Below, piece by piece: positions 1 through 8,452 of a stretch of 51,049 nucleotides of DNA. The notes beneath the pieces are model-generated. The model made no database searches and was not told where the DNA came from. It saw only the letters and a list, made by a program, of their open reading frames with translations. The translations under genes and the position numbers were made by a program. Numbering within the stretch: the stretch's first letter is position 1; every line of letters begins with the position of its first letter. Source of the DNA: Methanobacteriota archaeon. GTDB taxonomy: Archaea; Thermoplasmatota; Poseidoniia; Poseidoniales; Thalassarchaeaceae. The stretch spans positions 7,114-58,162 of the forward strand of contig PCAI01000015.1 in the NCBI GenBank assembly GCA_002731195.1. Reading direction: 5' to 3'.

Positions 1-129
1 ATTTCTCATGGCTTCAACTGCTGCACCATCTGCAGCCTTACCATCTCCTAATCCTATCCATGCTGCTGCAGCTATTGCTGCCGATTCTGTTGCATCGAGA
101 AAATATTTTTCTAAACTGTTTGTTGCCAT
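1..129 (-). CDS. glpX: Class II fructose-1,6-bisphosphatase, N-terminal fragment (runs off window start)
   Basis: Manual translation MATNSLEKYFLDATESAAIAAAAWIGLGDGKAADGAAVEAMRN matches the GlpX N-terminal motif TE.AA.A...W.G.GD...AD.AAV.AMR; SD-like GAGGTG directly upstream. Confidence 0.85.
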   Translation of the reverse strand, partial: MATNSLEKYFLDATESAAIAAAAWIGLGDGKAADGAAVEAMRN

Positions 130-165
130 GCACCTCGCAAAGCACATAGGAATTCAATTATGTGG

Positions 166-600
166 TTAATATTTGTTTTTTTCCACTACTCTTATGCCAG
201 TTATCTCGGTATCGGGATATTGCCCTTCGGAATCTTTCTCTATTGATTTTAACATGTCCAAGGCACATAATAAACCAGTACTAACTCCACACAAAGCCTC
301 CATTTCTACTCCAGTATTCCAATTACAAATCACAGAAACGGTGCACCTTAATCCCTTTTCTTCTATTATCCAATCTACTTCCGAACCTTCGATAGGGATA
401 TTATGACAATGAGGAATCATTCTCGAGGTCTCTTTAACTGCCTGTATGGCTGCTATTGTGGAAGCCTCTAAAATATCTCCTTTTTTTGTTTTCCCTTCAT
501 TTATTTTATCTACACCTTCTCTACTTAATAGCAATAGGCCAGTGGCAACTGCCTTTCTTCTGACTTTAGGTTTATTGCTGATGTCTACTATTGCATCCAT
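166..600 (-). CDS. moaC: Cyclic pyranopterin monophosphate synthase MoaC
   Basis: VDIS.K N-terminus, IPHCH, TGVEMEAL and DMLKS motifs; SD GGAGTGA upstream. Confidence 0.92.
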   Translation of the reverse strand: MDAIVDISNKPKVRRKAVATGLLLLSREGVDKINEGKTKKGDILEASTIAAIQAVKETSRMIPHCHNIPIEGSEVDWIIEEKGLRCTVSVICNWNTGVEMEALCGVSTGLLCALDMLKSIEKDSEGQYPDTEITGIRVVEKNKY

Positions 601-677
601 GATATCACTCCTGTATCGCGACTAGTATCTTACTATTTGACTAATTACACATTAAATAAAAAATAGACAAATCAAAA

Positions 678-1100
678 TTAACCTAATCCCTGCTTCCAAA
701 GCACACCATCTTCTCTTACTTCCTTTTTCCAAAGAGGTGCTTGCCTTTTTAACTCGTCAATAAGCCAACTACATGCGGCAAAACCTTCCTTCCTGTGAGG
801 AGAAGCGACATGGATACTTACAATTGGTTCCATCGGTTTAACTGTTCCAACACGATGTGCTATTGCGACAGACTTAACTCCAAATTTTTCAATAGATTCT
901 TCTGCAATCATTCTGAGTACTATTGGTAATCTTTCTTCCCATGAGTCAAACACTAATTTTTCTATTTTTATAGGTCCTTCTTTGCCTCTCACAATTCCCG
1001 TAAATGAAACCACACTTCCACAATCTTCTTTATCAATTAATTTAACTATTTTTTCCGGCTCTAATTGTTCAGACTCAACTGATACCGTCACTTTAGGCAT
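678..1100 (-). CDS. moaE: Molybdopterin synthase catalytic subunit MoaE
   Basis: G.VVSF.G.VR, HRVG, HRKEGF and LK..APLWKKE motifs; start set at ATG 1100 because the longer ORF runs into the divergent gene. Confidence 0.92.
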   Translation of the reverse strand: MPKVTVSVESEQLEPEKIVKLIDKEDCGSVVSFTGIVRGKEGPIKIEKLVFDSWEERLPIVLRMIAEESIEKFGVKSVAIAHRVGTVKPMEPIVSIHVASPHRKEGFAACSWLIDELKRQAPLWKKEVREDGVLWKQGLG

Positions 1101-1179
1101 ATGTCTTGGATGCGGCCATACATCTTGAATACAACGGAAATATCCCAATGTTGAAATTAAGCACAATACTCGCAAATAC

Positions 1180-2412
1180 ATGTCTGACGAACCGGTACAT
1201 ATCTTGGGCGCCGGTTTATCTGGACTTTCTGCAGCTATAGTTCTCGCAAATGCTGGTAGAGAAGTACACGTTTATGATGTTAGAAAAGATAGTGGAGCAC
1301 GTTTCGATGGGGACTTTCAAGGGATTGAAAATTGGACCTCTTCTCCGGACTTTTTTGATGAGATGCGAAGTTGGGGAATAGATCCAGATGCTTTCAAATC
1401 AGATTCGTTCAGTATCGTTGATTTGGCTCACCCTGACGATGTCATTACTCAACCTAAGACTGAAGGGATAGCATTCAGAGTTGTTGAAAGAGGTACTGAT
1501 AGCCATTGTATTGACCAGGGGCTAAAAAAACTTGCATTAGAAGCAGGTGCCGTTATACACTACGAATCACGAAAAAACCCTGAAGAATGTAATATAATAG
1601 CTGCAGGACCAAAGGATTCTAGCGCTATTGCTTTTGGCGAGATATTTCATACAGATCATCCTAATCATGTTACTCTGCAACTCAATGATAAATTGGCTCC
1701 CGGCGCTTATTCTTATCTAATAATTATAGATGGAGTGGGACTAATTTGTACATGTCTCTGGCGCCAACAAAAGCGAAGCAGTCGTTATCTGAACGAGACT
1801 ATTGCATGGTATGAGGAACATTATGAATTAAATAGAAAACCAATAAAGAGAGTAGGAGGCAAAGGAGATTTTTCACTACCAGATAAATATATCCATGAAG
1901 GGCGTTATTATGTTGGTGAGGCTGGTGGTTTACAGGATTTCATGTGGGGTTTTGGGATGAGATATGCAATAACAAGTGGCGTTTTAGCAGCTCAAAGTAT
2001 GCTCGGTAAATGTAATTATGAAGTTGAAATCCGCAACCGTCTCGTACCTCTAGTCAAATCAAGTGCCATAAATCGTTTTTTACTTAATAGAGTTGGAGAT
2101 AGAGGATTTAAATTAGCTGCTAGATATTGGATGTGGAATCAAAAACGTAAGGGCGACGGTTTGATTTTCATGCGCCGTCTTTACGCGCCAAGTATTTTTC
2201 GTAATTTATTGTGGCCTATTGCTAAATTAAGTATGTTAAGGCGGAAAAAACTGGCAGATGGCCGCTTTGTAAACAGGATGCCATTTAGAAAGGCATTAAA
2301 AAGAGACAATTGGGAACCAAGTACTAAAGCAATAGAAATAGGTAAACAATGGAATAAAGTTAGAAAATCAGGTGCAAACACATCTTTCACAGAATCAGAC
2401 ACTCAGATGTAG
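1180..2412 (+). CDS. FAD-dependent oxidoreductase, geranylgeranyl-reductase/FixC-like family
   Basis: N-terminal GAGLSG Rossmann motif; C-terminal VGEAGG...GFGM..AI.SG flavoprotein motif; substrate unknown. Confidence 0.7.
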   Translation: MSDEPVHILGAGLSGLSAAIVLANAGREVHVYDVRKDSGARFDGDFQGIENWTSSPDFFDEMRSWGIDPDAFKSDSFSIVDLAHPDDVITQPKTEGIAFRVVERGTDSHCIDQGLKKLALEAGAVIHYESRKNPEECNIIAAGPKDSSAIAFGEIFHTDHPNHVTLQLNDKLAPGAYSYLIIIDGVGLICTCLWRQQKRSSRYLNETIAWYEEHYELNRKPIKRVGGKGDFSLPDKYIHEGRYYVGEAGGLQDFMWGFGMRYAITSGVLAAQSMLGKCNYEVEIRNRLVPLVKSSAINRFLLNRVGDRGFKLAARYWMWNQKRKGDGLIFMRRLYAPSIFRNLLWPIAKLSMLRRKKLADGRFVNRMPFRKALKRDNWEPSTKAIEIGKQWNKVRKSGANTSFTESDTQM

Positions 2413-2460
2413 AATGCTAACTTCCGTTTGGTTGAAATAATCAATCATTATGCCACCAAC

Positions 2461-3321
2461 ATGTCTTCTTGGCCCGAACTCAAATCAATGCCTAATAATT
2501 TGGTAAACTATGGAGTAACTGATAATGGAATAGCAATAATTGAACTTATTTCAGATACAGATGGAAAACCACTTTCTGATGACCGAACATCTGTTAATAC
2601 TTACACTCGTGAGATGTGGGAAGATATTGACCAAGCCATTCTTAATGCCCGTTTTGATGGAGATGTCTCGGTCATACTTTTAACAGGTCATGGAGAAAAA
2701 TTCTTTTCGGCTGGTGCAAGTATAAACTACCTGAATACTTTATCTCCTAGATATAAATATTTTTTCTGTCTACATGCTAATGAAACTCTTTCCAGACTGG
2801 AGCAAACACCTAAATTAGTCATAGCCGCATTAAATGGACACACAGTAGGAGGAGGTTTAGAAATTGCTATGGCAGCAGATATTCGAATAGCCCATAAGGG
2901 CAATTTCCAAATTGGACTGCCAGAAGTATCTCTTGGAGTATTGGCGGGAACTGGAGGAACAGCTCGCCTAGCTCGCCTAGTTGGTAAGGCAAGGGCTATG
3001 GAAATAATGGTCACAGGGCGCAAATTTTCATTCGAAGAAGCAAGAGATATGGATCTTATTCATGACATATACGACAGTGTAGGTTTGGAAGACTTCAGAA
3101 CAGATGTTCTTGATTATGCAGGACAATTTACCTTGCCGTTAGCTGCCGCTAAGGCAATAGGTAATATCAAGCGCAGTGTTCAAAGTGGCATTGAAATACC
3201 ATTGGAATATCACTTAGCCTTGGAAAGGGAATTGCAATCGGATTTATTCCAATCTGAAGACGCGAAAGAAGGCATCGCATCATATGTGGAAAGAAGAACT
3301 CCTAGATTCAAAGGTAAGTGA
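2461..3321 (+). CDS. Crotonase-family enzyme, single-domain BoxC-like (ring-cleaving hydrolase-like)
   Basis: FSAGA, NGHTVGGGLE, GLPEVSLGVLAGTGG; the segments NTYT..ILNARFD and KYFFCLHANET resemble the BoxC N-terminal domain; start may be 2461 or 2488. Confidence 0.75.
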   Translation: MSSWPELKSMPNNLVNYGVTDNGIAIIELISDTDGKPLSDDRTSVNTYTREMWEDIDQAILNARFDGDVSVILLTGHGEKFFSAGASINYLNTLSPRYKYFFCLHANETLSRLEQTPKLVIAALNGHTVGGGLEIAMAADIRIAHKGNFQIGLPEVSLGVLAGTGGTARLARLVGKARAMEIMVTGRKFSFEEARDMDLIHDIYDSVGLEDFRTDVLDYAGQFTLPLAAAKAIGNIKRSVQSGIEIPLEYHLALERELQSDLFQSEDAKEGIASYVERRTPRFKGK

Positions 3322-3330
3322 TTTTTTTTT
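3321..3330 (+). terminator. Oligo-T tract, possible archaeal terminator
   Basis: T9 run directly after the stop codon of the crotonase gene. Confidence 0.35.
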
Positions 3331-3386
3331 ATTATTCTCATGTCCTCATACATTTATTCATATAGTAATTATGTATCCGCTTTTTT

Positions 3387-4532
3387 ATGGCAGATACAGA
3401 AATCGTAGAGAATTATACTCCAAACTTTGAAGCATGGGTCCAAGACTTCACTGAATGGCAAACAAGAATAGGTTTTGACCCTTCATGGTTAGGAGATTAC
3501 AGATTTGATATTAAGTTTGATTGGGATACTGCGGGTGAAAAAATAGAATTTGGTGATTTCGAGGGAATGCCAAAGTGGGAAAGAAGGATGCAAATACCCC
3601 AACAAAATATTAGGGACGCTATAATTAGTATGATTAGTGTACAAGGAGATACAGAATTTGCTAGTGTCGAACAGCAAAATCATTTGCTTGCAACAGCGCC
3701 TACAGAGTATGACATGAAATCCGCTCTTCGAATAATGTGCGAAGAACAAAGGCATGGATGGCAAATGGCTTATGTGCTGTGTACATATTTTGGTGAACAA
3801 GGAGTAAGGGAGGCTGCAAAACTTCTCGAAAGAAATGCTCAGGATGGCACTAGGATCTTAGGGTCATTCAACGCTCCGATTGATCATTGGTTGGATTTTT
3901 TCTGTTTTACTCATTTCATTGATAGAGATGGAAAATATCAATTAAAAATGTTAAGCACATCTTCTTTCAAACCTCTGGCAGCATCCATGGGGCCGATGTT
4001 AAAAGAGGAATCATTCCATCTTGGAACGGGTGCAAATGGCCTAAGAAGAATAGTAAAACAAGGAGTGATACCTTGCGAATTATTACAAAAATACCTCAAT
4101 AAATGGATTAGTACCGGACTAGATCTTTTTGGTACCGATGATTCAACCAGTGCTCAATGGGCATATGTATATGGCGTAAAAGGCAGGTATGATGAGAGAG
4201 AAAGTGATATCGAAGCAGATCGCGCACATCTGAATGAGGCAAGTAGAGAAATATATTTCCAAGAGTTAAGAGAAGAGATGAGGAGAATAAGTGCTGCTAG
4301 AAAAGAAGGAGAGCCGGACTTATTCATACCGTCCGATAAATTCAATCGAGGGATAGGAATGTATGCAGGTAAAAATTATACAATAACTGGTGAAAAATTT
4401 GATGGTTCTGATGCGGAATACCAAGATTACCTAGCAAGTGTGTTGCCAACCGATGAAGATGAAGAGACTTTAATCAATGATTATATGAAAAAAGATTGGA
4501 TTCAGTATCGAGAATGGAAAGGGAAAAAATAA
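3387..4532 (+). CDS. boxB: BoxB-like diiron aryl-CoA epoxidase (benzoyl-CoA oxygenase component B / Paa oxygenase family)
   Basis: QGDTEFASVEQQ, EEQRH, RILGSFN, DRDGKYQL and EESFH match BoxB diiron-ligand motifs; 381 aa, shorter than canonical BoxB. Confidence 0.8.
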   Translation: MADTEIVENYTPNFEAWVQDFTEWQTRIGFDPSWLGDYRFDIKFDWDTAGEKIEFGDFEGMPKWERRMQIPQQNIRDAIISMISVQGDTEFASVEQQNHLLATAPTEYDMKSALRIMCEEQRHGWQMAYVLCTYFGEQGVREAAKLLERNAQDGTRILGSFNAPIDHWLDFFCFTHFIDRDGKYQLKMLSTSSFKPLAASMGPMLKEESFHLGTGANGLRRIVKQGVIPCELLQKYLNKWISTGLDLFGTDDSTSAQWAYVYGVKGRYDERESDIEADRAHLNEASREIYFQELREEMRRISAARKEGEPDLFIPSDKFNRGIGMYAGKNYTITGEKFDGSDAEYQDYLASVLPTDEDEETLINDYMKKDWIQYREWKGKK

Positions 4533-4548
4533 GAAGGAAGGTATTATT

Positions 4549-5112
4549 ATGCAACATTTATCTCTTCTCGCTTTCGACAAAAAGAAATGTGAACCATTTT
4601 TCAATAGACTAACTGATTTATTTTATGAACACCATCATTCAGATTTGCAAAAACCTGACGAATATGAACGTCTACTATACATGGTAAGAAGGCCATATGA
4701 TGACAGTATGTTGGATATGATAGATGATTGGATGGGCCTCGAAAGGAGGGAGTGGAAAGAAGAAACTACGCGTGAAGTTAAATTAGCACTATATGCAATC
4801 AAATATCCTGATACATTACTTATTGATAGTTTCACACAGAAGGCAAGATCTGACTTAACCCGTCTTTCTAGTTATCTCCACTTTACACATCACACATATG
4901 CTATTTGGGATGAAGATACAAGAAAAGGATTGTCTAAATTAGGAATTAATATACCTTCTACCAATGTAGCTGACCCATTTATTTATGGGGCATATGTGAG
5001 TGCAATAGAACTTTTGAAAGATATTGCACCTTTTACCTGTTTTTTGGAACATGACGTCCCTCGGCAAAGATTATTTCAGTCCGCACTAGCATCTTATGGG
5101 CGTGAGGGTTGA
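4549..5112 (+). CDS. Hypothetical protein
   Basis: 187-aa ORF co-oriented within the box-like cluster, purine-rich SD upstream. Confidence 0.7.
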   Translation: MQHLSLLAFDKKKCEPFFNRLTDLFYEHHHSDLQKPDEYERLLYMVRRPYDDSMLDMIDDWMGLERREWKEETTREVKLALYAIKYPDTLLIDSFTQKARSDLTRLSSYLHFTHHTYAIWDEDTRKGLSKLGINIPSTNVADPFIYGAYVSAIELLKDIAPFTCFLEHDVPRQRLFQSALASYGREG

Positions 5113-5147
5113 GTAAGTCTATGGACTTAAGCATACAACCAACCAAT

Positions 5148-6032
5148 ATGACAATCAAGTCCGTCGCAGTAATAGGTGCTGGTACAATGGGGGCAGGGAT
5201 TGCCCAAATATGCGCACAAAGAGGATGGAAGACTAAAATTTTTGATACATCCCAAGAAAGTCTTCAGAATTCCCTTAGTGCTATTAATTTATTTTGGGAG
5301 AAAGGCGTTTCTCTTGGAAAAACTACTGAAGACCAAATAAGCACATGGTCTCAAAATTTAGAAACTCATACGGACATGGCCAAAGCGGTTTCAAGTACTG
5401 ATATTGTGATTGAAGCGGTGCCGGAGATTCTGTCGCTAAAAAAATCAATATTTTCCAAATTAGATGATATACTTCCTAAAGAAACAATACTAGCCACTAA
5501 CACTTCTAGTTTATCTATCTCAGAGATAGCAAATGCAACAAATAGGCCAGAAAGAGTGATTGGAATGCACTTCTTCAATCCTGTTCCGATAATGAAACTG
5601 ATTGAAATAGTTAGGCATGATAGGTGTTCGGAAGAAACAATAAGTGCTGCGGAATCAATTGGTTTAGAACTAGGTAAAAGAACAATACTTGTAAATGATG
5701 TTCCAGGTTTTGCTACAAGTAGATTAGGAGTTGTTCTAGGTAATGAAGCGATAAAGATGTTAGCAGAAGGTGTTGCATCTGCGAGTGATATTGATACTGC
5801 AATGATGCTCGGTTACAAACACCCCATTGGTCCATTGGAATTGACAGATTTAGTTGGCCTGGATGTTAGGAGAGACATCCTCCACAATCTTGCAAATTCC
5901 TTTTCTGATGATTCATACTTGCCGCATCCTCTTCTGGAAAAACTAGTAGAAGATGGAAATCTCGGTATTAAAACAGGCAGAGGGATATATGACTGGTCTA
6001 ATGGTACAAGAGAAGATCGAAACGATTTGTGA
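5148..6032 (+). CDS. 3-hydroxyacyl-CoA dehydrogenase
   Basis: GAGTMGAGIA, EAVPE, TNTSS, GMHFFNP, GP.EL.D.VGLD and G.LG.KTG.G.Y motifs. Confidence 0.93.
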   Translation: MTIKSVAVIGAGTMGAGIAQICAQRGWKTKIFDTSQESLQNSLSAINLFWEKGVSLGKTTEDQISTWSQNLETHTDMAKAVSSTDIVIEAVPEILSLKKSIFSKLDDILPKETILATNTSSLSISEIANATNRPERVIGMHFFNPVPIMKLIEIVRHDRCSEETISAAESIGLELGKRTILVNDVPGFATSRLGVVLGNEAIKMLAEGVASASDIDTAMMLGYKHPIGPLELTDLVGLDVRRDILHNLANSFSDDSYLPHPLLEKLVEDGNLGIKTGRGIYDWSNGTREDRNDL

Positions 6033-6041
6033 GGTATTTTT

Positions 6042-6305
6042 TTGACATTCGCTATAGAATTAATAGGTTTATTTGCAGGTTTTCTAGGCGTCATTGCATG
6101 GATCCCTCAAATCAAAGAGGTTTGGGTTGAAAAATCTCACGAGGGAATTTCACTACCTACTTTTTTCCTTGTAGCCGCTGCTCTTATTTTATGGTTATTT
6201 TATGGGATATTAATAATGTCATATTCTATAATAATAGCAAATATAGCGGCTCTAGTTTGCATATTATTGGTTATTTTTGGTGTTTTGAAGATACGCCATT
6301 CATAG
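6042..6305 (+). CDS. SemiSWEET / PQ-loop transporter
   Basis: 87 aa with 3 TM helices, IPQ motif, GIS, LW..YG and II.AN; TTG start after GAGGT. Confidence 0.85.
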   Translation: MTFAIELIGLFAGFLGVIAWIPQIKEVWVEKSHEGISLPTFFLVAAALILWLFYGILIMSYSIIIANIAALVCILLVIFGVLKIRHS

Positions 6306-6313
6306 TCCTATAT

Positions 6314-7372
6314 TCATAACTCAGTTAATATTCTATGGAAATAATGCACCCCTTTTTCCATACTAGGAGAATATCTACCTCTATCATATGAAGAACTGCT
6401 TACTCCTATCTGTACTGCCTCCACTATTTCTTGATCCTCTTTCTCGACTTTATCCAAATCTCCTCCTGCACCATCTCCGATTAGGGCAGAGTTCCCAACA
6501 TATCTTTGATAAATTATCTCAGTTTTATTGACCGATAGGGGCACTACTAAATTTACCGACAAGCCCCATGGATAGAAGTTAAGCATCAATCCAGGAAATA
6601 TCCAAAAATAATAGGCTGCAATTTTTTTCCCATAATCTTTTGATTCTTCAGGTATGTCAAATGTATCTTCTTCACCCTTTGCAATTCCTATTTGTAGTAC
6701 TCCATTTTCAAATATTTCTGTCTCATAGTCATCATAACTCAATACTTCATTTAATCCCGAATGGACATAAGGTATATGAAAACCTTCAAGATAGTTATCA
6801 ACATATAAGGCCCAATTTGCATTTATTGTATATGACCTATAGTATTCTGAGTCATGAGTAAAAGACTCGATATCTAACCATCCTATCCTATCTTCTAAAA
6901 ACTGAATCCATTCAGGATTCATTCTTTCTTTTAGTGAAGTAAATAACAGACCTTTCCATCTCATGGTTGAGAAACCTACTAAATTGTCGGAATATTGGGG
7001 AAAATTAACAACTCCTTCGAATTTTGGCATATTTTTGATACATCCATTCAAATCAAAAGTTCTTCCATGATATTTACACCTTAGAGTATTTGACTTAGTA
7101 GGTTCGGTATTGACCAGCATCCCTCTATGCGTACATACATTTGAAAGGGATTTAATTACTCCATCTCTAGTTAAAATGATGGATTCATTCATTAGTTTTT
7201 TTGAATGTAGTATTGGAATTATGTTTTTTTCAGATAATTGATCTTCATGTGCCGAGAAGTGCCACATATTTACTATCTTACTCTTAATATCTGCGAATAT
7301 TTCCTTATTCGTGTAATATTCTGAGGGCAGTGTTTCAGCTAACTCAATATTTTTATCTATCAGTTTCGCCAT
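6314..7372 (-). CDS. Rieske non-heme iron oxygenase alpha subunit (choline-monooxygenase-like)
   Basis: CTHRG...CKYHG Rieske ligands; DNYLEGFHIPYVH mononuclear Fe motif; ED..IVE.VQ.G. Confidence 0.9.
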   Translation of the reverse strand: MAKLIDKNIELAETLPSEYYTNKEIFADIKSKIVNMWHFSAHEDQLSEKNIIPILHSKKLMNESIILTRDGVIKSLSNVCTHRGMLVNTEPTKSNTLRCKYHGRTFDLNGCIKNMPKFEGVVNFPQYSDNLVGFSTMRWKGLLFTSLKERMNPEWIQFLEDRIGWLDIESFTHDSEYYRSYTINANWALYVDNYLEGFHIPYVHSGLNEVLSYDDYETEIFENGVLQIGIAKGEEDTFDIPEESKDYGKKIAAYYFWIFPGLMLNFYPWGLSVNLVVPLSVNKTEIIYQRYVGNSALIGDGAGGDLDKVEKEDQEIVEAVQIGVSSSSYDRGRYSPSMEKGVHYFHRILTEL

Positions 7373-7378
7373 GATATA

Positions 7379-7900
7379 CTAGTCTCCGTAGATGCACCTG
7401 GATGTAGATATTTCCGCTTCTAGCATATGATTCGTAAATGAATCTACTCGCTCGTCATTGACGCCTAAATCACTTACTCCAAGTCTGGATTTAGAATAAA
7501 TATACATGACAACTTCTTCATCTTCACAATGTAAATTAACTACGAAATCGTCCGGAAATTTCCAAAATGATGTCCTAAAAACTCCATGGACATGATTTGG
7601 CCATTCTTGTAATATTTCTCCAGAATTTATTTCCACCCATATCAATACCTCATGCATAACATTACTCTTATTCGATTCAAATCGAATTTCAGAAATGCCA
7701 TTTCCTCTGTGAGGATTCGGGCCAACCATTGTACAATTTTTTGATTTATCCGGGCAAGAATCGGGGAATTCTTCAGGTTTAATTAATTTATCTGGTGCAA
7801 TAATCTGAATCGTTGCTACAGTAACGGCATAAACAACCAATATCGTTAGGAATATTTGCCATAAATTATTTTTATATTCACGTTTAAGCAATAAATTCAC
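7379..7900 (-). CDS. DUF1499 family protein
   Basis: N-terminal TM helix, CP....NC, F.DD and SKSRLGVSDLGVN..RV motifs. Confidence 0.8.
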   Translation of the reverse strand: MNLLLKREYKNNLWQIFLTILVVYAVTVATIQIIAPDKLIKPEEFPDSCPDKSKNCTMVGPNPHRGNGISEIRFESNKSNVMHEVLIWVEINSGEILQEWPNHVHGVFRTSFWKFPDDFVVNLHCEDEEVVMYIYSKSRLGVSDLGVNDERVDSFTNHMLEAEISTSRCIYGD

Positions 7901-8412
7901 CCTTCGTAAACAATTACCTTTGTGGCACGCAATACTCTATCATGTAATTTATAACCATCTTCTATGACTTGAAATATTTTGCCCGGTTCTTCTCCCTCGG
8001 GGCAAGGAATTGATGCTATTGCTTCCATGCACGTTGGATCAAAAGAACTCTCTGAAATCTCTATCTTTTTGACTCCTTCAATACTTAATGCAGCAGACAT
8101 ACTTTCAAGTGTTAATTTAACTCCTTCAAAAATTGATTCAGAAATTTCCTCGTCCCCGCTACTTTCTATCGCTCTACTGAGATTATCAATAATCGGAATT
8201 AGTCTAGATGCTAAATTAGCACCTCCATATTTAACAGCATCATTTTTATCTCTAATCGATCTTTGTCTTATATTGACAATTTCTGCAACTGAGTATTGTA
8301 ATTCCTTTTCCAATTCTAAGACTCGTGACTCCATTGTCTGGAGAGGGTCCGCTGACTCCTCTTCTTCTACATCTTCTTCGAGGGGGGCATCGCTCTCCGG
8401 TTCTTCAGACAT
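7897..8412 (-). CDS. grpE: Nucleotide exchange factor GrpE
   Basis: AE..N.R.R, L.PI.DNL.RA, FDP..MEA and GYKLHDRVLR..KV motifs. Confidence 0.93.
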   Translation of the reverse strand: MSEEPESDAPLEEDVEEEESADPLQTMESRVLELEKELQYSVAEIVNIRQRSIRDKNDAVKYGGANLASRLIPIIDNLSRAIESSGDEEISESIFEGVKLTLESMSAALSIEGVKKIEISESSFDPTCMEAIASIPCPEGEEPGKIFQVIEDGYKLHDRVLRATKVIVYEG

Positions 8413-8452
8413 GTCGCGGCGTCACCTGCATCATTCAAGAATCCAATGGCCA

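Noticed and set aside
1180..2412. FAD oxidoreductase as the BoxA reductase or as archaeal DGGGPL reductase
   Set aside because: No ferredoxin Cys motifs or FNR fold for BoxA, and the PxxYxWxFP motif of lipid GGRs is not intact; left unassigned
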